From IMG/VR virus record IMGVR_UViG_3300005748_000132, positions 20,180 to 84,179 of that record: DNA of 64,000 nucleotides. One strand, 5' to 3'. The translations under genes and the position numbers were made by a program. This DNA is from a virus. Lineage: Duplodnaviria; Heunggongvirae; Uroviricota; Caudoviricetes. The notes below the pieces were generated by a model. It worked only from the letters and a program-made list of their open reading frames with translations. It did not search any database and was not told the DNA's origin. This document shows, piece by piece, positions 10,371-20,773 of this stretch. The stretch's first letter is position 1. Each line of letters begins with the position of its first letter.

Positions 10371-13300
10371 TGGCTAGTAATATAATAAAGTGCCAAGGAC
10401 TTGTAACTTATGGAAATGAGTTATCCAGACCATCTGGTTCACTAAAACAAGGAACTAATATAAATGTTGACGAAGACGGAGTTATCTCTCCTCGTAGAGG
10501 TTTTAATGATTATAACAATCCTACTAACAATGTAGAAAGTTCTGCTACTAATTTTGTATCTCAGATCATGGAATACAAAGAAGCTATTATCAGACAATAC
10601 ATGAGTAGTTTAGAATATGAAGATGTTAACGGAACTTTTCAAGCTGTTAACGGAACTTTTGAACAAGTAGAAAGTGGTTTTAGAACAAAGTGGCAAGAAG
10701 CTAATTCTAACTTATACTTTACTTCAGCAGACGGTATTAAAAAGATATCCGAAAAAGCTAGAGCTAACCTTAGTGCAAATATGGTAAGTAATGCAGGTGG
10801 TTTAAAAGCTGGTTATGCTGATGGAGTAGTTGTCCCTACTGTCGGAGGATTTTTACCTCCTAGTTCTAAAGTAGGTTATAGAGTTTTGTACGGAACTAAA
10901 GACAATAATAATAACCTTATTTACGGCTCTCCTAGTGCTAGATTTGTAGTAACTAACTTTTCTGAAGACGTACAAACTTATGAAATATCCACAATTACTT
11001 TTTCTACTACGTTTAGTACTGATGAAGTATCTAACGGTGACCATTTTGTTTATGAAAATAATACTGCAAAATATACGATTTACTTCGATGTAGATGGTTC
11101 TTCTACAGAACCTAAGACAGCTCAGACTATCGGATCAACTTATGTTAAAGTTGAAATACCTACTTCAGTAGCTAGTGCAAACCCTGCTGAAAATGACACT
11201 ATAGCTGCTATTACAGCTAACGTACTTGCTAACTCTTTAGGTGACACTACAGTTACTTTAGATGGTTCCGATACTGTGGTATTAACAAGCACTCAAGAAG
11301 ATGATATTGTTGGACTTTCTAACCCTGCTTACGCTGCTGACGGAACTACAGACATATCAACAAGAATATCTACAACTAATACTGTCGATGGTGACACTAC
11401 GATAGGTTCTAGTGCTACAGTTTCTGTTACAGGGGTTGTACCTGCTGAAGCTACTGTTGATTACTTTTACCAAGTATATAGAACTGGTGTTATTTCAACT
11501 TCTACAGGACTTACTTTGAATGATATTGACCCCGGTGACGAAATGAACATCGTCTACGAAGCAGGTCTAACTCAAGCTGAAATTGACGCAGGTGAGTTCA
11601 CATTTACCGACACTACTCCAGAATCTTTCAGAGCTGAAGGACTTCCTTTATATACTAACGCTGTTACAGGAGAAGGTATCTTGCAATCAAACGAGACTCC
11701 TCCTATAGCTTTAGACATTGAACTATTTAGAAACTACATGTTCTACGCTAATACTAAGCAACGTCATAAGCTAGAGTTTACAATTGTTTCTGTTGACGAC
11801 TTTATTTCAGACTCTACTAGAATCATAGTTGGAAATTCTGACATTACAAGATTTTATACTTTTGTAGGAGAAGCTGAAGTCACTGACCTTACTATTGATA
11901 GTATACCTACTGCTGGTGATTATATTAACTTATATTCCGCTAACGACTCTAGGCAATATTATATATATTTCGGAGATACTGGAAATGACCCCGAAGTAGC
12001 TGGAGCTATAGGCTATAGAGTTTCTTTAACTGGCTATACTCCCGATGACGCTACTCTTTCAGAACTACAAGCAATATCTTTGGATATAGAGTCAGCTCTA
12101 GTTGACAACGTAGACTTTGACTTATCAGTTTCTTCCAACACTATAACTTTTACAAATACAAATAACGGAACCTCTACAGACATGAATATTGGAGCTGACA
12201 CAGGAGCTTCCTCATTTACGATATTGGTAACTACTCAAGGAGACGGAGAAGAGTTCGCTACAGACGAAGGTGGAGACGTACTTCTCTCAGGGTTAGTTTC
12301 AGTAGGTCAATCTATTGACGAAACAGCTAGAAGTTTAGTTAAAGTTATTTCTAAAGACCCTTTATCTCCAGTTAACGCTTACTATTTAAGTACTGGTGAA
12401 GATCTTCCCGGTAACATATTACTAGAAGCTAGAAGTTTAGAAGATGAAACATTTTACATAGCTGTTGAGTCTGGTTATGATGAATATGACAATGGGACAG
12501 CTTATGTGAAAGGTGATTACGTGAGCTATTTAGGACTTGATTATGTAGCGAAAACAAGTACTACAGGCAATCTCCCGACAGATACTAACTTTTGGACTCA
12601 GTTTTCTATAGGAGGAGAATTTACTCCAGAGTTACCTGTTTCTAATACTATTATAAGTTATACAGGAACTGGGGCTTTAACTCAAATTGAAAGAACTTCT
12701 CACGGTTATATCACAGGCGATCAAGTATTTGTTGGAGTTGTTGAAAATGATTACGACGGAACAGTAACTTATTTAGCAGCTACTCCTGATAAGGTAGCTT
12801 TTAATGGTAATGTGTACGAGTGTATTCTTGACACTACAGGAATAGATAATGGCTCAGAAGACCCTAGTGGCGATACCTCTGATAACACTTATTGGCAATA
12901 TATTTCTCCTGAGTTTTCTGGAGTATACGAAATAACGTATATTGACGATGATAACTTTAGTATCGAGGTTGTTAGTCCTTCTAGTACAGTAGCTTTTGAA
13001 CCTACTTTCTCGACAATATTTAGTCCTGATGTAGAATCTGATAACGAAGAACTTGGTAATAGAATATATTTTTCTAAAAGAAATGAACCTGAAGCTGTTC
13101 CAGTTATAAACTTTATTGACGTCGGTACTAGAGACGATGAAATAAGAAGAATACTTGCTCTAAGAGATGAGCTTTATATCTTTAAAGAAGACGGTATTTT
13201 TGTACTATCTGGTACTTCAGCTCCTGACCAATTTGGTAACGGAGGCTTTTCTGTAAGACTTATTGATAACACTAGGATATTAGCTGCTGACTCTGCTGTA

Positions 13301-14581
13301 GTTCTTAATAACCAAATATACTGCTTGACAGAACAAGGTGTAGCTAGAATCTCAGGAAGTAGTGTCGCGATTATATCTAGAGGTATTGAAGACTCTATTG
13401 ACAAAATCACTAATCAAGGGTTTAATTTTAGACCTAACACTTTTGGAATATCTTACGAGAATGATAGAGCTTATCTTCTATTTGCTCCTACTGACTCAGG
13501 TGATTCTAGTGCTACCCAAGTTTACAGGTATAACATATTTGAACAAACTTGGTCAAGGTGGGAATACGAAGCTACTTGTGGACATGTACTTTCTCGCGAC
13601 AATAAATTATACGTAGGTAACGGAGATAGAAACTATATTTCTCAAGAAAGAAAGAATAACGATAGAACTGACTTCTCTGATAGAAACTTCACAAGAGCTA
13701 TCGGTTCAGATTCGGTGCAAAGTACTAGAATACAAATATCTAGTGTATCAAATGTAAAAGCTAATGACGTTATAGTTCAACAGCAAGATGTTACGATAAA
13801 TTATATAAACAATAGAATCTTAAAAAAGATGGATTTCTTTGATACAGGTGTAACACCTCCTGTAGGCTCGACAATGTTAGAGTCTTTTGGAGTTAGTGCT
13901 GGTGACAATTTAGCTACAGCAATGCAAGCTTTAAATGATTACTTAAGAACTTTAGATGCTGTGAATATTACAGCTAAATCGTTCACTTTGAGTAATATCA
14001 AAACTGAAACTCAGACACTAATAGACGAGCTTAATTCATCAGGTTCTTTAACTTCTTTGAAAAGCTACAAGAGCCCTTACACTTATTACTACGAAGCTTA
14101 TATAATTGAAGTTGACACACTACGAAATATAATAACTGTTCACACAGAAAGACCTTTCATTGAAGGTGATATCGAAGTTTATAAAGGTTACACTTGTACA
14201 GTAGAATGGAACCCTCAACACTTTGGAGATCCTTCTGCTTTAAAACAAATACGCTTTATAACTATCATGTTTGACCAAAACAACTTCTACGCTGCTACAG
14301 CCAAGTTTGCTTCTGACGCTTCTGCTGCTGTAAATGTAGTAGATTTTAACGGTAAAGGGATAGGTTACTGGGGAGATTTACCTTGGAGTGATCCTAATGA
14401 TTACTGGGGTGGAGACGGTAACGATATACCTTTTAGAAACCCTGTACCTCGTGGTAAACAAAAGTGTAGATACTTGTCACTAACTTTCGAGCATAAAATA
14501 GCTAGAGAAGAGTTTAAGATAGTAGGTATTTCAGGAGAAGTTAGAAACATTAGCAATAGAGCTTATAGGAACTTAGGATGA
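10370..14581 (+). CDS. large virion structural protein (1403 aa)
   Basis: Long ORF with T/S/D/G-rich beta composition and an internal duplicated segment (KYTIYFDVDGSSTEPKTAQTIG vs YYIYFGDTGNDPEVAGAIG). Confidence 0.5.
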   Translation: MASNIIKCQGLVTYGNELSRPSGSLKQGTNINVDEDGVISPRRGFNDYNNPTNNVESSATNFVSQIMEYKEAIIRQYMSSLEYEDVNGTFQAVNGTFEQVESGFRTKWQEANSNLYFTSADGIKKISEKARANLSANMVSNAGGLKAGYADGVVVPTVGGFLPPSSKVGYRVLYGTKDNNNNLIYGSPSARFVVTNFSEDVQTYEISTITFSTTFSTDEVSNGDHFVYENNTAKYTIYFDVDGSSTEPKTAQTIGSTYVKVEIPTSVASANPAENDTIAAITANVLANSLGDTTVTLDGSDTVVLTSTQEDDIVGLSNPAYAADGTTDISTRISTTNTVDGDTTIGSSATVSVTGVVPAEATVDYFYQVYRTGVISTSTGLTLNDIDPGDEMNIVYEAGLTQAEIDAGEFTFTDTTPESFRAEGLPLYTNAVTGEGILQSNETPPIALDIELFRNYMFYANTKQRHKLEFTIVSVDDFISDSTRIIVGNSDITRFYTFVGEAEVTDLTIDSIPTAGDYINLYSANDSRQYYIYFGDTGNDPEVAGAIGYRVSLTGYTPDDATLSELQAISLDIESALVDNVDFDLSVSSNTITFTNTNNGTSTDMNIGADTGASSFTILVTTQGDGEEFATDEGGDVLLSGLVSVGQSIDETARSLVKVISKDPLSPVNAYYLSTGEDLPGNILLEARSLEDETFYIAVESGYDEYDNGTAYVKGDYVSYLGLDYVAKTSTTGNLPTDTNFWTQFSIGGEFTPELPVSNTIISYTGTGALTQIERTSHGYITGDQVFVGVVENDYDGTVTYLAATPDKVAFNGNVYECILDTTGIDNGSEDPSGDTSDNTYWQYISPEFSGVYEITYIDDDNFSIEVVSPSSTVAFEPTFSTIFSPDVESDNEELGNRIYFSKRNEPEAVPVINFIDVGTRDDEIRRILALRDELYIFKEDGIFVLSGTSAPDQFGNGGFSVRLIDNTRILAADSAVVLNNQIYCLTEQGVARISGSSVAIISRGIEDSIDKITNQGFNFRPNTFGISYENDRAYLLFAPTDSGDSSATQVYRYNIFEQTWSRWEYEATCGHVLSRDNKLYVGNGDRNYISQERKNNDRTDFSDRNFTRAIGSDSVQSTRIQISSVSNVKANDVIVQQQDVTINYINNRILKKMDFFDTGVTPPVGSTMLESFGVSAGDNLATAMQALNDYLRTLDAVNITAKSFTLSNIKTETQTLIDELNSSGSLTSLKSYKSPYTYYYEAYIIEVDTLRNIITVHTERPFIEGDIEVYKGYTCTVEWNPQHFGDPSALKQIRFITIMFDQNNFYAATAKFASDASAAVNVVDFNGKGIGYWGDLPWSDPNDYWGGDGNDIPFRNPVPRGKQKCRYLSLTFEHKIAREEFKIVGISGEVRNISNRAYRNLG

Positions 14582-14982
14582 AAATAAACAACACTACACA
14601 AATTAGAGCAGACGACTTTGCTGACGATGATAAAAGAGTAGCTGCTAGATTAGGTGAGATATTAAACCCTTTTATGCAACAAGTAGTTGAATTAAGCGAC
14701 GGAAGAGTAGATTTTGAGAATAGGGTTGAGAATATAGTACAAGTTACTTTTACAGTAGATAGTAGTGGAATACCTGTTTTAAACAATAAACTTAATACAG
14801 GAAAAGCTAGTGTTCGAGGCTTTCAGGTAATTGACGCTAGAAGTACTCAGAATACAGCTATTACTGCTGATTCTCAACCTTTCATAAGTTATACTCCCAT
14901 AGGTACAGGAGTAGTACAGGTTAATAAAATCAGCGGTTTACCTGCTAGTAGTGAAATGTTACTTACTATTATAGTTTACTAA
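14578..14982 (+). CDS. hypothetical virion protein (134 aa)
   Basis: ATGA overlap with the upstream gene. Confidence 0.4.
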   Translation: MKINNTTQIRADDFADDDKRVAARLGEILNPFMQQVVELSDGRVDFENRVENIVQVTFTVDSSGIPVLNNKLNTGKASVRGFQVIDARSTQNTAITADSQPFISYTPIGTGVVQVNKISGLPASSEMLLTIIVY

Positions 14983-15031
14983 ACTGCTGTAATTACTAAG
15001 AATAAGGAAATAGTACTTAAATAGTACCCTA

Positions 15032-15050
15032 TATATTGACAACTATATAT
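15032..15050 (+). promoter_or_regulatory. conserved 19-bp element TATATTGACAACTATATAT (copy 2), putative promoter
   Basis: Exact repeat of the element at 9133..9151; lies in a 126-nt intergenic gap, 58 nt upstream of the ATG at 15109. Confidence 0.4.
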
Positions 15051-15108
15051 TAGACTCGTGAACTGCGCAAATACTCACGTTTCTAAATAAACCTTAAGGA
15101 ATTTATAA

Positions 15109-16743
15109 ATGGCATTTGTTGATGACCCTACTAAAAATTCACAAGAAACTCCTGTATCAGGACCAGCTCCTCTAAGTAATGAAGCTCCAATGGCTGACAC
15201 TTCAGGACAGTCTGCTACACCGGGTTCTAACGCTCCTACAAGCTCTACAGGAGCTTCTATCAACCAAGCTACTAGTAAGGGCGGTTCTACTAACAAAAAG
15301 GCTCCTAGAGCCAGTTCTGGAGCTTACACGAACATTCAGAAGTACGTGGAGAAGAATCAACCTCAAGCTCAGAAAATGGCAGGAGCTGTAAGTAAGGACA
15401 TAGGTAAACAAGCTGAGTCTATAAGAAACGCTGTAGAGTCGCAAAAAGCTCAAAAAGAGAACATTTTACAAACTAATGCTCAATCTATTCAAGGAGCTAC
15501 TGACTGGGCTAAAGATCTAGTTGGTAATATCTCAGGAACTCAACAACCTACTACTCAAGTTACTCCGTCTGACCAAGAAGTAGCTACTACTCCAGAACCA
15601 TTTCAACCTTCAGAAGAAGACATAACTAGATTTCAGTCCTTAATGCAAGGAAATGTACAAGGAGTTCAAGCTCCTCAAGACTTAAATATACGCAAAGACC
15701 AAGCTCAAGCTAATGCTTTACAGCAATTAGCAGGTACAGCAGATACAGAAGCTGGTAGAAGAAACTTATTACAACAGACTTTCCAGAAACAAGGTGACTA
15801 TACTCGCGGTATGTCAGGTTTAGACCAGCTTATTACTTCTGGTGATCAAGCAGCTAGAGAGCAGTTGGTTACTGGTACTCAAGGACAAGCTCAGACACTA
15901 CAAGACCAGCTAAGGTCAGCTTTACAAGGTTACCAAGCTCAACAGAGAGAACAGCAAGTTCAGTTAGGTGGACTAGGTGAACGAATAGAAGGGTTTGGCA
16001 CAGAAGCTGTGAGTGGTATTCAAACGGCAACAGAACAAGAGCTGGTTAATAGAATGGGAGATTTCGGAACAGATCAACAGGAGTTTGAACAAGCTTTAGC
16101 TAGAGGAGAAGTTACTCAGGAACAACTTCAAAATTACTTAGGAGAAGGTTCTGTCCAAAATATGTTATCAGAAGCTCGTAGAAGACAGGATGAATTATCT
16201 GATTATTTACAGAATACTAAAGATTTTGCAACAGTAGACGAGGATTCTAGGTATTTAGACTTAGTTGGTTTAAATGCAGATCAAGTACGTAAGGACTACG
16301 GAGATTTTATAAATCAGAGAATGTCAGAGTATGATGAACAAAACCCTGTATATGACCCTAATAAGTACTATGGTAATGTTTCAGGGTCTGATAAATATGG
16401 AGATTCTACAGAGAGATCACAAGTTTACGCTAAAGCAAAACAAGATTTTAAAGATTCGTTGGCTAATCAAGTAAGATCTCAGAAAGTAGATGAGCAATTA
16501 ATATTAGACAACCTATTACAGGCTGCTAATCAAGGTAGTTTACAACTTAGTGGACCTAGTGCTTTAAATCTTTCAGCAGAAGACGTAGCTACTCCAGAGC
16601 AAGTAAAAAGATATAATGCGTTACAACAGTTGATAGGAAGCTCTCAAGAATGGACTCCTGAAATGATTACAGAAGCTCCTGAAGAAAAAGGTGCGTTGAA
16701 AACTGAAGATTATAATATATATAAGAATTTACTAGGGTTATAA
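15109..16743 (+). CDS. Q/A/T-rich virion protein, scaffold- or internal-protein-like (544 aa)
   Basis: Low-complexity Gln/Ala/Thr/Ser-rich sequence with coiled-coil character; SD aaggaatttataaATG. Confidence 0.45.
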   Translation: MAFVDDPTKNSQETPVSGPAPLSNEAPMADTSGQSATPGSNAPTSSTGASINQATSKGGSTNKKAPRASSGAYTNIQKYVEKNQPQAQKMAGAVSKDIGKQAESIRNAVESQKAQKENILQTNAQSIQGATDWAKDLVGNISGTQQPTTQVTPSDQEVATTPEPFQPSEEDITRFQSLMQGNVQGVQAPQDLNIRKDQAQANALQQLAGTADTEAGRRNLLQQTFQKQGDYTRGMSGLDQLITSGDQAAREQLVTGTQGQAQTLQDQLRSALQGYQAQQREQQVQLGGLGERIEGFGTEAVSGIQTATEQELVNRMGDFGTDQQEFEQALARGEVTQEQLQNYLGEGSVQNMLSEARRRQDELSDYLQNTKDFATVDEDSRYLDLVGLNADQVRKDYGDFINQRMSEYDEQNPVYDPNKYYGNVSGSDKYGDSTERSQVYAKAKQDFKDSLANQVRSQKVDEQLILDNLLQAANQGSLQLSGPSALNLSAEDVATPEQVKRYNALQQLIGSSQEWTPEMITEAPEEKGALKTEDYNIYKNLLGL

Positions 16744-17084
16744 TGAGATTATACGCTGACTACATAAAAGAAAGAGAGGACAAAGAGTGTGTTTATAACG
16801 AACATTGTTTTATAACATATAATTTATACGATGATAGTGTTTCGATTATAGACATATACTCTTCTCTAGAAGTTAGAGGTAGTAAAATAATGCTTAACTT
16901 TTGTAAAGACTTTTTCGAGAAGATGTGGAAACAAGGTATTAAAACCGCTTATGGTTATACTGACGAAAGTACAAATGGTTGGGAAAATAGTGAAAGACTT
17001 ATGTTAAAGTTCGGTTTTAAAAAGCTAGACAAAATAGAAGAAAATTATAATAATTATATACTTAATATCGAGGAGATTTTATAA
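16743..17084 (+). CDS. small protein, weak GNAT-acetyltransferase-like (113 aa)
   Basis: ATGA overlap; segment …LEVRGSKIMLNFCKDFFEKMWKQGIKTAYGYTD… loosely resembles the GNAT acetyl-CoA motif; weak. Confidence 0.3.
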   Translation: MRLYADYIKEREDKECVYNEHCFITYNLYDDSVSIIDIYSSLEVRGSKIMLNFCKDFFEKMWKQGIKTAYGYTDESTNGWENSERLMLKFGFKKLDKIEENYNNYILNIEEIL

Positions 17085-18850
17085 TGGGTGGAAAATCACA
17101 AGACCCTAACAAAGCGGCAATGAAGTTTCAAAAAGAGCAAATGAAGAGGTTAGAAGGTATAGACCTTCCTGAGCTTCAAGAGTATATTCTACAAAATCCT
17201 GAGTTAGTTGGTTTATTAGAAGCTGAACAACTTGGAGACTCAGCTTTAGAAGAAATCTCACTAGACCCTCAACTTAGAGAGCAGCAGTTAGCAGCTTTAG
17301 AAAACTTAAAAGAATACGCTGATACAGGTCTTACCGAAACTGATAAATACGCTATGGAGCAGATGTTAGGTGATGTAGCATCTCAAGAACAAGCTAGTCA
17401 AGCAGCTATTGAAGATAAGATGGCTCGTCAAGGAATGGACTCTTCTGGAGCAGCTTTAATGGCTAAAATGCAAGCTCGTCAAGAAGGAGCTAATAGAGGT
17501 AGAGAACAAGCTATGCAAATGGCTTCTCAGGGTCAACAAAATAGAATGGCAGCTTTGAACCAATTAGCAGGTCAGTCAGGTCAGATGCAACAAGCTGATT
17601 ACTCAAGACAGGCTCAGACAGCTTCCGCTAGGGATGCTATCGCTAGAGCTAATGCGGCTAATAGACAAAATGTAAATGCTCAGAATTTAGCAGCAAGACA
17701 AGCTATAGAAAACCAAAGAGCTAATATTTCTAATCTACAAGCTCAAGTGGGTAATCAAATAAATCAACAAAACTTTCAAAATCAATTATCTAGAGCTACT
17801 GGACAAGGTAGTACTGCGAACGCTATGAGTAATATAGCAGGTAATGCTCAACAAGGACCATCGGGTTTACAAACTATAGGTACTATCGGTGGAGGTATTG
17901 TAGGAGGTATTTATGGTGGACCAGCAGGAGCAGCAGCAGGTGCTTCAGCAGGAGGAGCTATAGGAGGAGCCTTATCAGCAGAGGACGGTGGAGTGATTAA
18001 AAAATATGCCGACCCTAAATCAGTTCATTATAATAATAAAAATACACCGATTTTCAACGAAAATTACTATAAAATGATATCTGGTGAAAATGATGTAGAT
18101 CAAACTATTGAAGCTTCTGGAGGTAAAAGATTAGGTATAGATAACGATATGACTTCAGCAGAAGTTCAAACCAATCAGGACGCTAAACAAGCTTTAGGTA
18201 ATCAGGATCAAGGAATGTCAGCTCAGGATATGACAAAAGCTCTAGGGGCTTTGAACTCTATAATGGGTAAAAAAGAAGGTGAATCTAAACCTAGGTTAAA
18301 ATTAGGTCAGTTTTCAATGTCACAACCTGAGAATGTTATGAATCCTGTCGGACCTCAAAACTTCGCTAATCCTTACGCTGCTGCTGATGGAGGTATACCA
18401 AAAGAGTTACAATCTCCTGATAGAGAAGCTGAAGTAAATAGAATGTTAGGTAAACCAGAAGATAATAAACTTATGATGACTGACTCTTATGAAAATGGAG
18501 GGGTTCCTGAGTATGCTTGCGGTGGTACTCATAATAAGCCTGAGTTTGCTTCAGGTGGGATCGGAGAAATAGTTGATAGTGGTATGGACTCTTACGCTGG
18601 CGACCGCATAGACGCTAAAATAAACGATGGAGAGATGATATTAAATGTACCTCAACAACAGAGACTTATGGACGTTCTTAGAGGCGAAGAATCGCTTGAC
18701 AATCTAGGAGATTCTGATATAATAGAAGGAGTTCCTAGTGACTATAGAGACGAGCTTCATGAAATGTCAGAAGAATCAGATGAAGAAAACGAAAGTAGTA
18801 AAAGAGTTAAGGGACTTAAAGCTCTCTTAGAAGCTTTAGGAGACGAATAA
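17084..18850 (+). CDS. internal virion/ejection-like protein with Q-rich and Gly-zipper regions (588 aa)
   Basis: Gln/Ala-rich helical region; glycine-rich stretch GGGIVGGIYGGPAGAAAGASAGGAIGGAL; ATGG start overlapping the upstream stop. Confidence 0.45.
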   Translation: MGGKSQDPNKAAMKFQKEQMKRLEGIDLPELQEYILQNPELVGLLEAEQLGDSALEEISLDPQLREQQLAALENLKEYADTGLTETDKYAMEQMLGDVASQEQASQAAIEDKMARQGMDSSGAALMAKMQARQEGANRGREQAMQMASQGQQNRMAALNQLAGQSGQMQQADYSRQAQTASARDAIARANAANRQNVNAQNLAARQAIENQRANISNLQAQVGNQINQQNFQNQLSRATGQGSTANAMSNIAGNAQQGPSGLQTIGTIGGGIVGGIYGGPAGAAAGASAGGAIGGALSAEDGGVIKKYADPKSVHYNNKNTPIFNENYYKMISGENDVDQTIEASGGKRLGIDNDMTSAEVQTNQDAKQALGNQDQGMSAQDMTKALGALNSIMGKKEGESKPRLKLGQFSMSQPENVMNPVGPQNFANPYAAADGGIPKELQSPDREAEVNRMLGKPEDNKLMMTDSYENGGVPEYACGGTHNKPEFASGGIGEIVDSGMDSYAGDRIDAKINDGEMILNVPQQQRLMDVLRGEESLDNLGDSDIIEGVPSDYRDELHEMSEESDEENESSKRVKGLKALLEALGDE

Positions 18851-20073
18851 TGGCTAATAACAACCTAATGGAAACATTGATGAAAGCTCTACAAGGTCAA
18901 GACACTCAGGAGATACAACCTCCGATGGCTGCTGTAGAAGAGGCTCAATTGGCTGAACTAAATCAAGAAGCTAAGTCACCTTATCAAAAAACTAATGAGG
19001 AACTAGTTCAAGATAAACTTCAACAAGAAGCTCAAAGAACTGTAGCTGGTAATATGCAACAGGAAGTTCCTGTAAATAACCCAGTTTCTAATGTAGCAAA
19101 AGCTGAGGATGTAGCAGGTAAACAAGAAGCTGTGAAAGATGAATTTGACCCTGTGAAAAAACTAAGAGAAAATATATTAGCTTATGAGAAAAAGGTTAAT
19201 GAAAAAAAAGAACCTAATAGTGATGAAAAAGTAATAGATTGGTTAACAGGCATAGGTAAAGCTGCTAATGTATTAGCTAAAGCTAAAGGTAATTCTTTAG
19301 GTGAAGTTCAATATTCTGGAGATTTGAGACAATCGAAACAAGCTCAACAAAAACAGCAAAAACTGAACCAGCTTCAAAAATTACAAGGTCTATATAAAGA
19401 CTATTTAGCGACTCAGAAGAAACCTGCTGAAATGACCCCTTACCAAAAAGCTAAACTTGGTCTAAAAGAAAAAGAGCTTGAGTTAAAAGGTCAGAAGAAA
19501 AGTACAGCAGCTCCTACTGAAGGAGAAAAGGTAGTAGATAAAGAATTTGCTAAAGAGTACACTAAGTGGAATACTGGTGGTAGAGCTGACTACGAAGTTA
19601 ATAGTAAAATCTTTCGTGACGCTATAAAGGCTTTGGAAGAAGGTAAAGTTGACACAGGTTCATTAGCTGGTTTAGGTACAGACATACCCGGTCAAAGAAC
19701 TAAGACTAGAGAGTTACAAGCTACGGTTAGAAAAGCTATCAATGGTATGTTGAGAGCTACGTTAGGTGCGCAGTTTACTGAGAAAGAAGGGGAGAGAATC
19801 TTCCAACAAACATTTGACCCCTATGCATCAAAAGAAGCTAATATTAGAAATATGCAATTAGAGCTAAAAAAATTAGATAAACGCAAGGCTTCTATAGATG
19901 ACATGACTAATTATTACAAAGAAAATAAAACACTAGCTGGTTATGATGCTCCTCAGACTACTCCTGAAATAAAACAACAACCTGAAGCTAATGAAGTCCG
20001 TAGAAAAACAAAAGATGGTAAGATTGCTATTTTTGACGCTGACACTAAAAAGTTTTTAAGATATGAAGATTAG
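18850..20073 (+). CDS. Lys-rich virion protein (407 aa)
   Basis: TAATG overlap coupling; K/E/Q-rich helical protein. Confidence 0.45.
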   Translation: MANNNLMETLMKALQGQDTQEIQPPMAAVEEAQLAELNQEAKSPYQKTNEELVQDKLQQEAQRTVAGNMQQEVPVNNPVSNVAKAEDVAGKQEAVKDEFDPVKKLRENILAYEKKVNEKKEPNSDEKVIDWLTGIGKAANVLAKAKGNSLGEVQYSGDLRQSKQAQQKQQKLNQLQKLQGLYKDYLATQKKPAEMTPYQKAKLGLKEKELELKGQKKSTAAPTEGEKVVDKEFAKEYTKWNTGGRADYEVNSKIFRDAIKALEEGKVDTGSLAGLGTDIPGQRTKTRELQATVRKAINGMLRATLGAQFTEKEGERIFQQTFDPYASKEANIRNMQLELKKLDKRKASIDDMTNYYKENKTLAGYDAPQTTPEIKQQPEANEVRRKTKDGKIAIFDADTKKFLRYED

Positions 20074-20773
20074 TAGAAAAAATTTAATTTATGTTCTCAG
20101 AGATTGTAATGACAATGTTAGATATGTTGGTCAAACTATTAGAGGTAAGTTTAGATTTAAAGATCACGTGAGAAAAAGAAACAGGAAACAACCTGTTTCC
20201 TGTTTTTTAAAAAAATGTATAGATCAAAAAATAAAGTATCGATTTGAAATAATAGAATACTGTCCAAAATCTATACTAGACGATAGAGAAATATTTTATA
20301 TAAAATACTATAGAAACTTGGGATGTAACTTATTGAACCTAACCGACGGAGGGAGTACCACTAAAGGATATAAGCACACTAAGGAAGCTTTGAAGGTTAT
20401 GTCTGACAATCAAAAAGGTACACCATCTAATTTCAAAGGTAGGAAACATACCGAAGAAACTAAAAGAATTTTTTCCTATAAAGCTAGTCTGAGAACAGGA
20501 AATTTAAACAACTTTTATGGAAAGAAACATTCAGAAGAATCGAAAAATAAAATGTCTGAGACTAAAAAAAGAATGTTCAAAGATAAAACACTAATTCCTC
20601 ATAATTTAAGACCTATACTATGTCTATATAATATGAAAACGTACAATAATTCTAGAGAAGCTGCCGAAGACCTTAATGTACCATCTAGTTCTATAAGATC
20701 GGTACTTCAAGGAAAATCTAGAGTATTATACGGAAAATATAAATTTATATATAAGGAAGATTACGATGGCTGA
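20063..20773 (+). CDS. GIY-YIG homing endonuclease (free-standing, I-TevI-like)
   Basis: N-terminal GIY-YIG motif (IYVLRDCNDNVRYVGQT…RFKDH). Two NUMOD3-like repeats (GRKHTEETKRIFS, GKKHSEESKNKMSE). Inserted between two structural genes and overlaps both. Confidence 0.75.
   Translation: MKISRKNLIYVLRDCNDNVRYVGQTIRGKFRFKDHVRKRNRKQPVSCFLKKCIDQKIKYRFEIIEYCPKSILDDREIFYIKYYRNLGCNLLNLTDGGSTTKGYKHTKEALKVMSDNQKGTPSNFKGRKHTEETKRIFSYKASLRTGNLNNFYGKKHSEESKNKMSETKKRMFKDKTLIPHNLRPILCLYNMKTYNNSREAAEDLNVPSSSIRSVLQGKSRVLYGKYKFIYKEDYDG

Noticed and set aside
5813-15453. Short ORFs embedded in or opposite to large structural genes (5813..6001, 8556..8807, 9144..9353, 9921..10163, 10853..11044, 13174..13410, 13362..13616, 14550..14786, 15075..15296, 15179..15391, 15202..15453, 22871..23110)
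   Set aside because: They are wholly contained within longer, well-supported ORFs on the same or opposite strand, lack SD sequences and have low-complexity translations.
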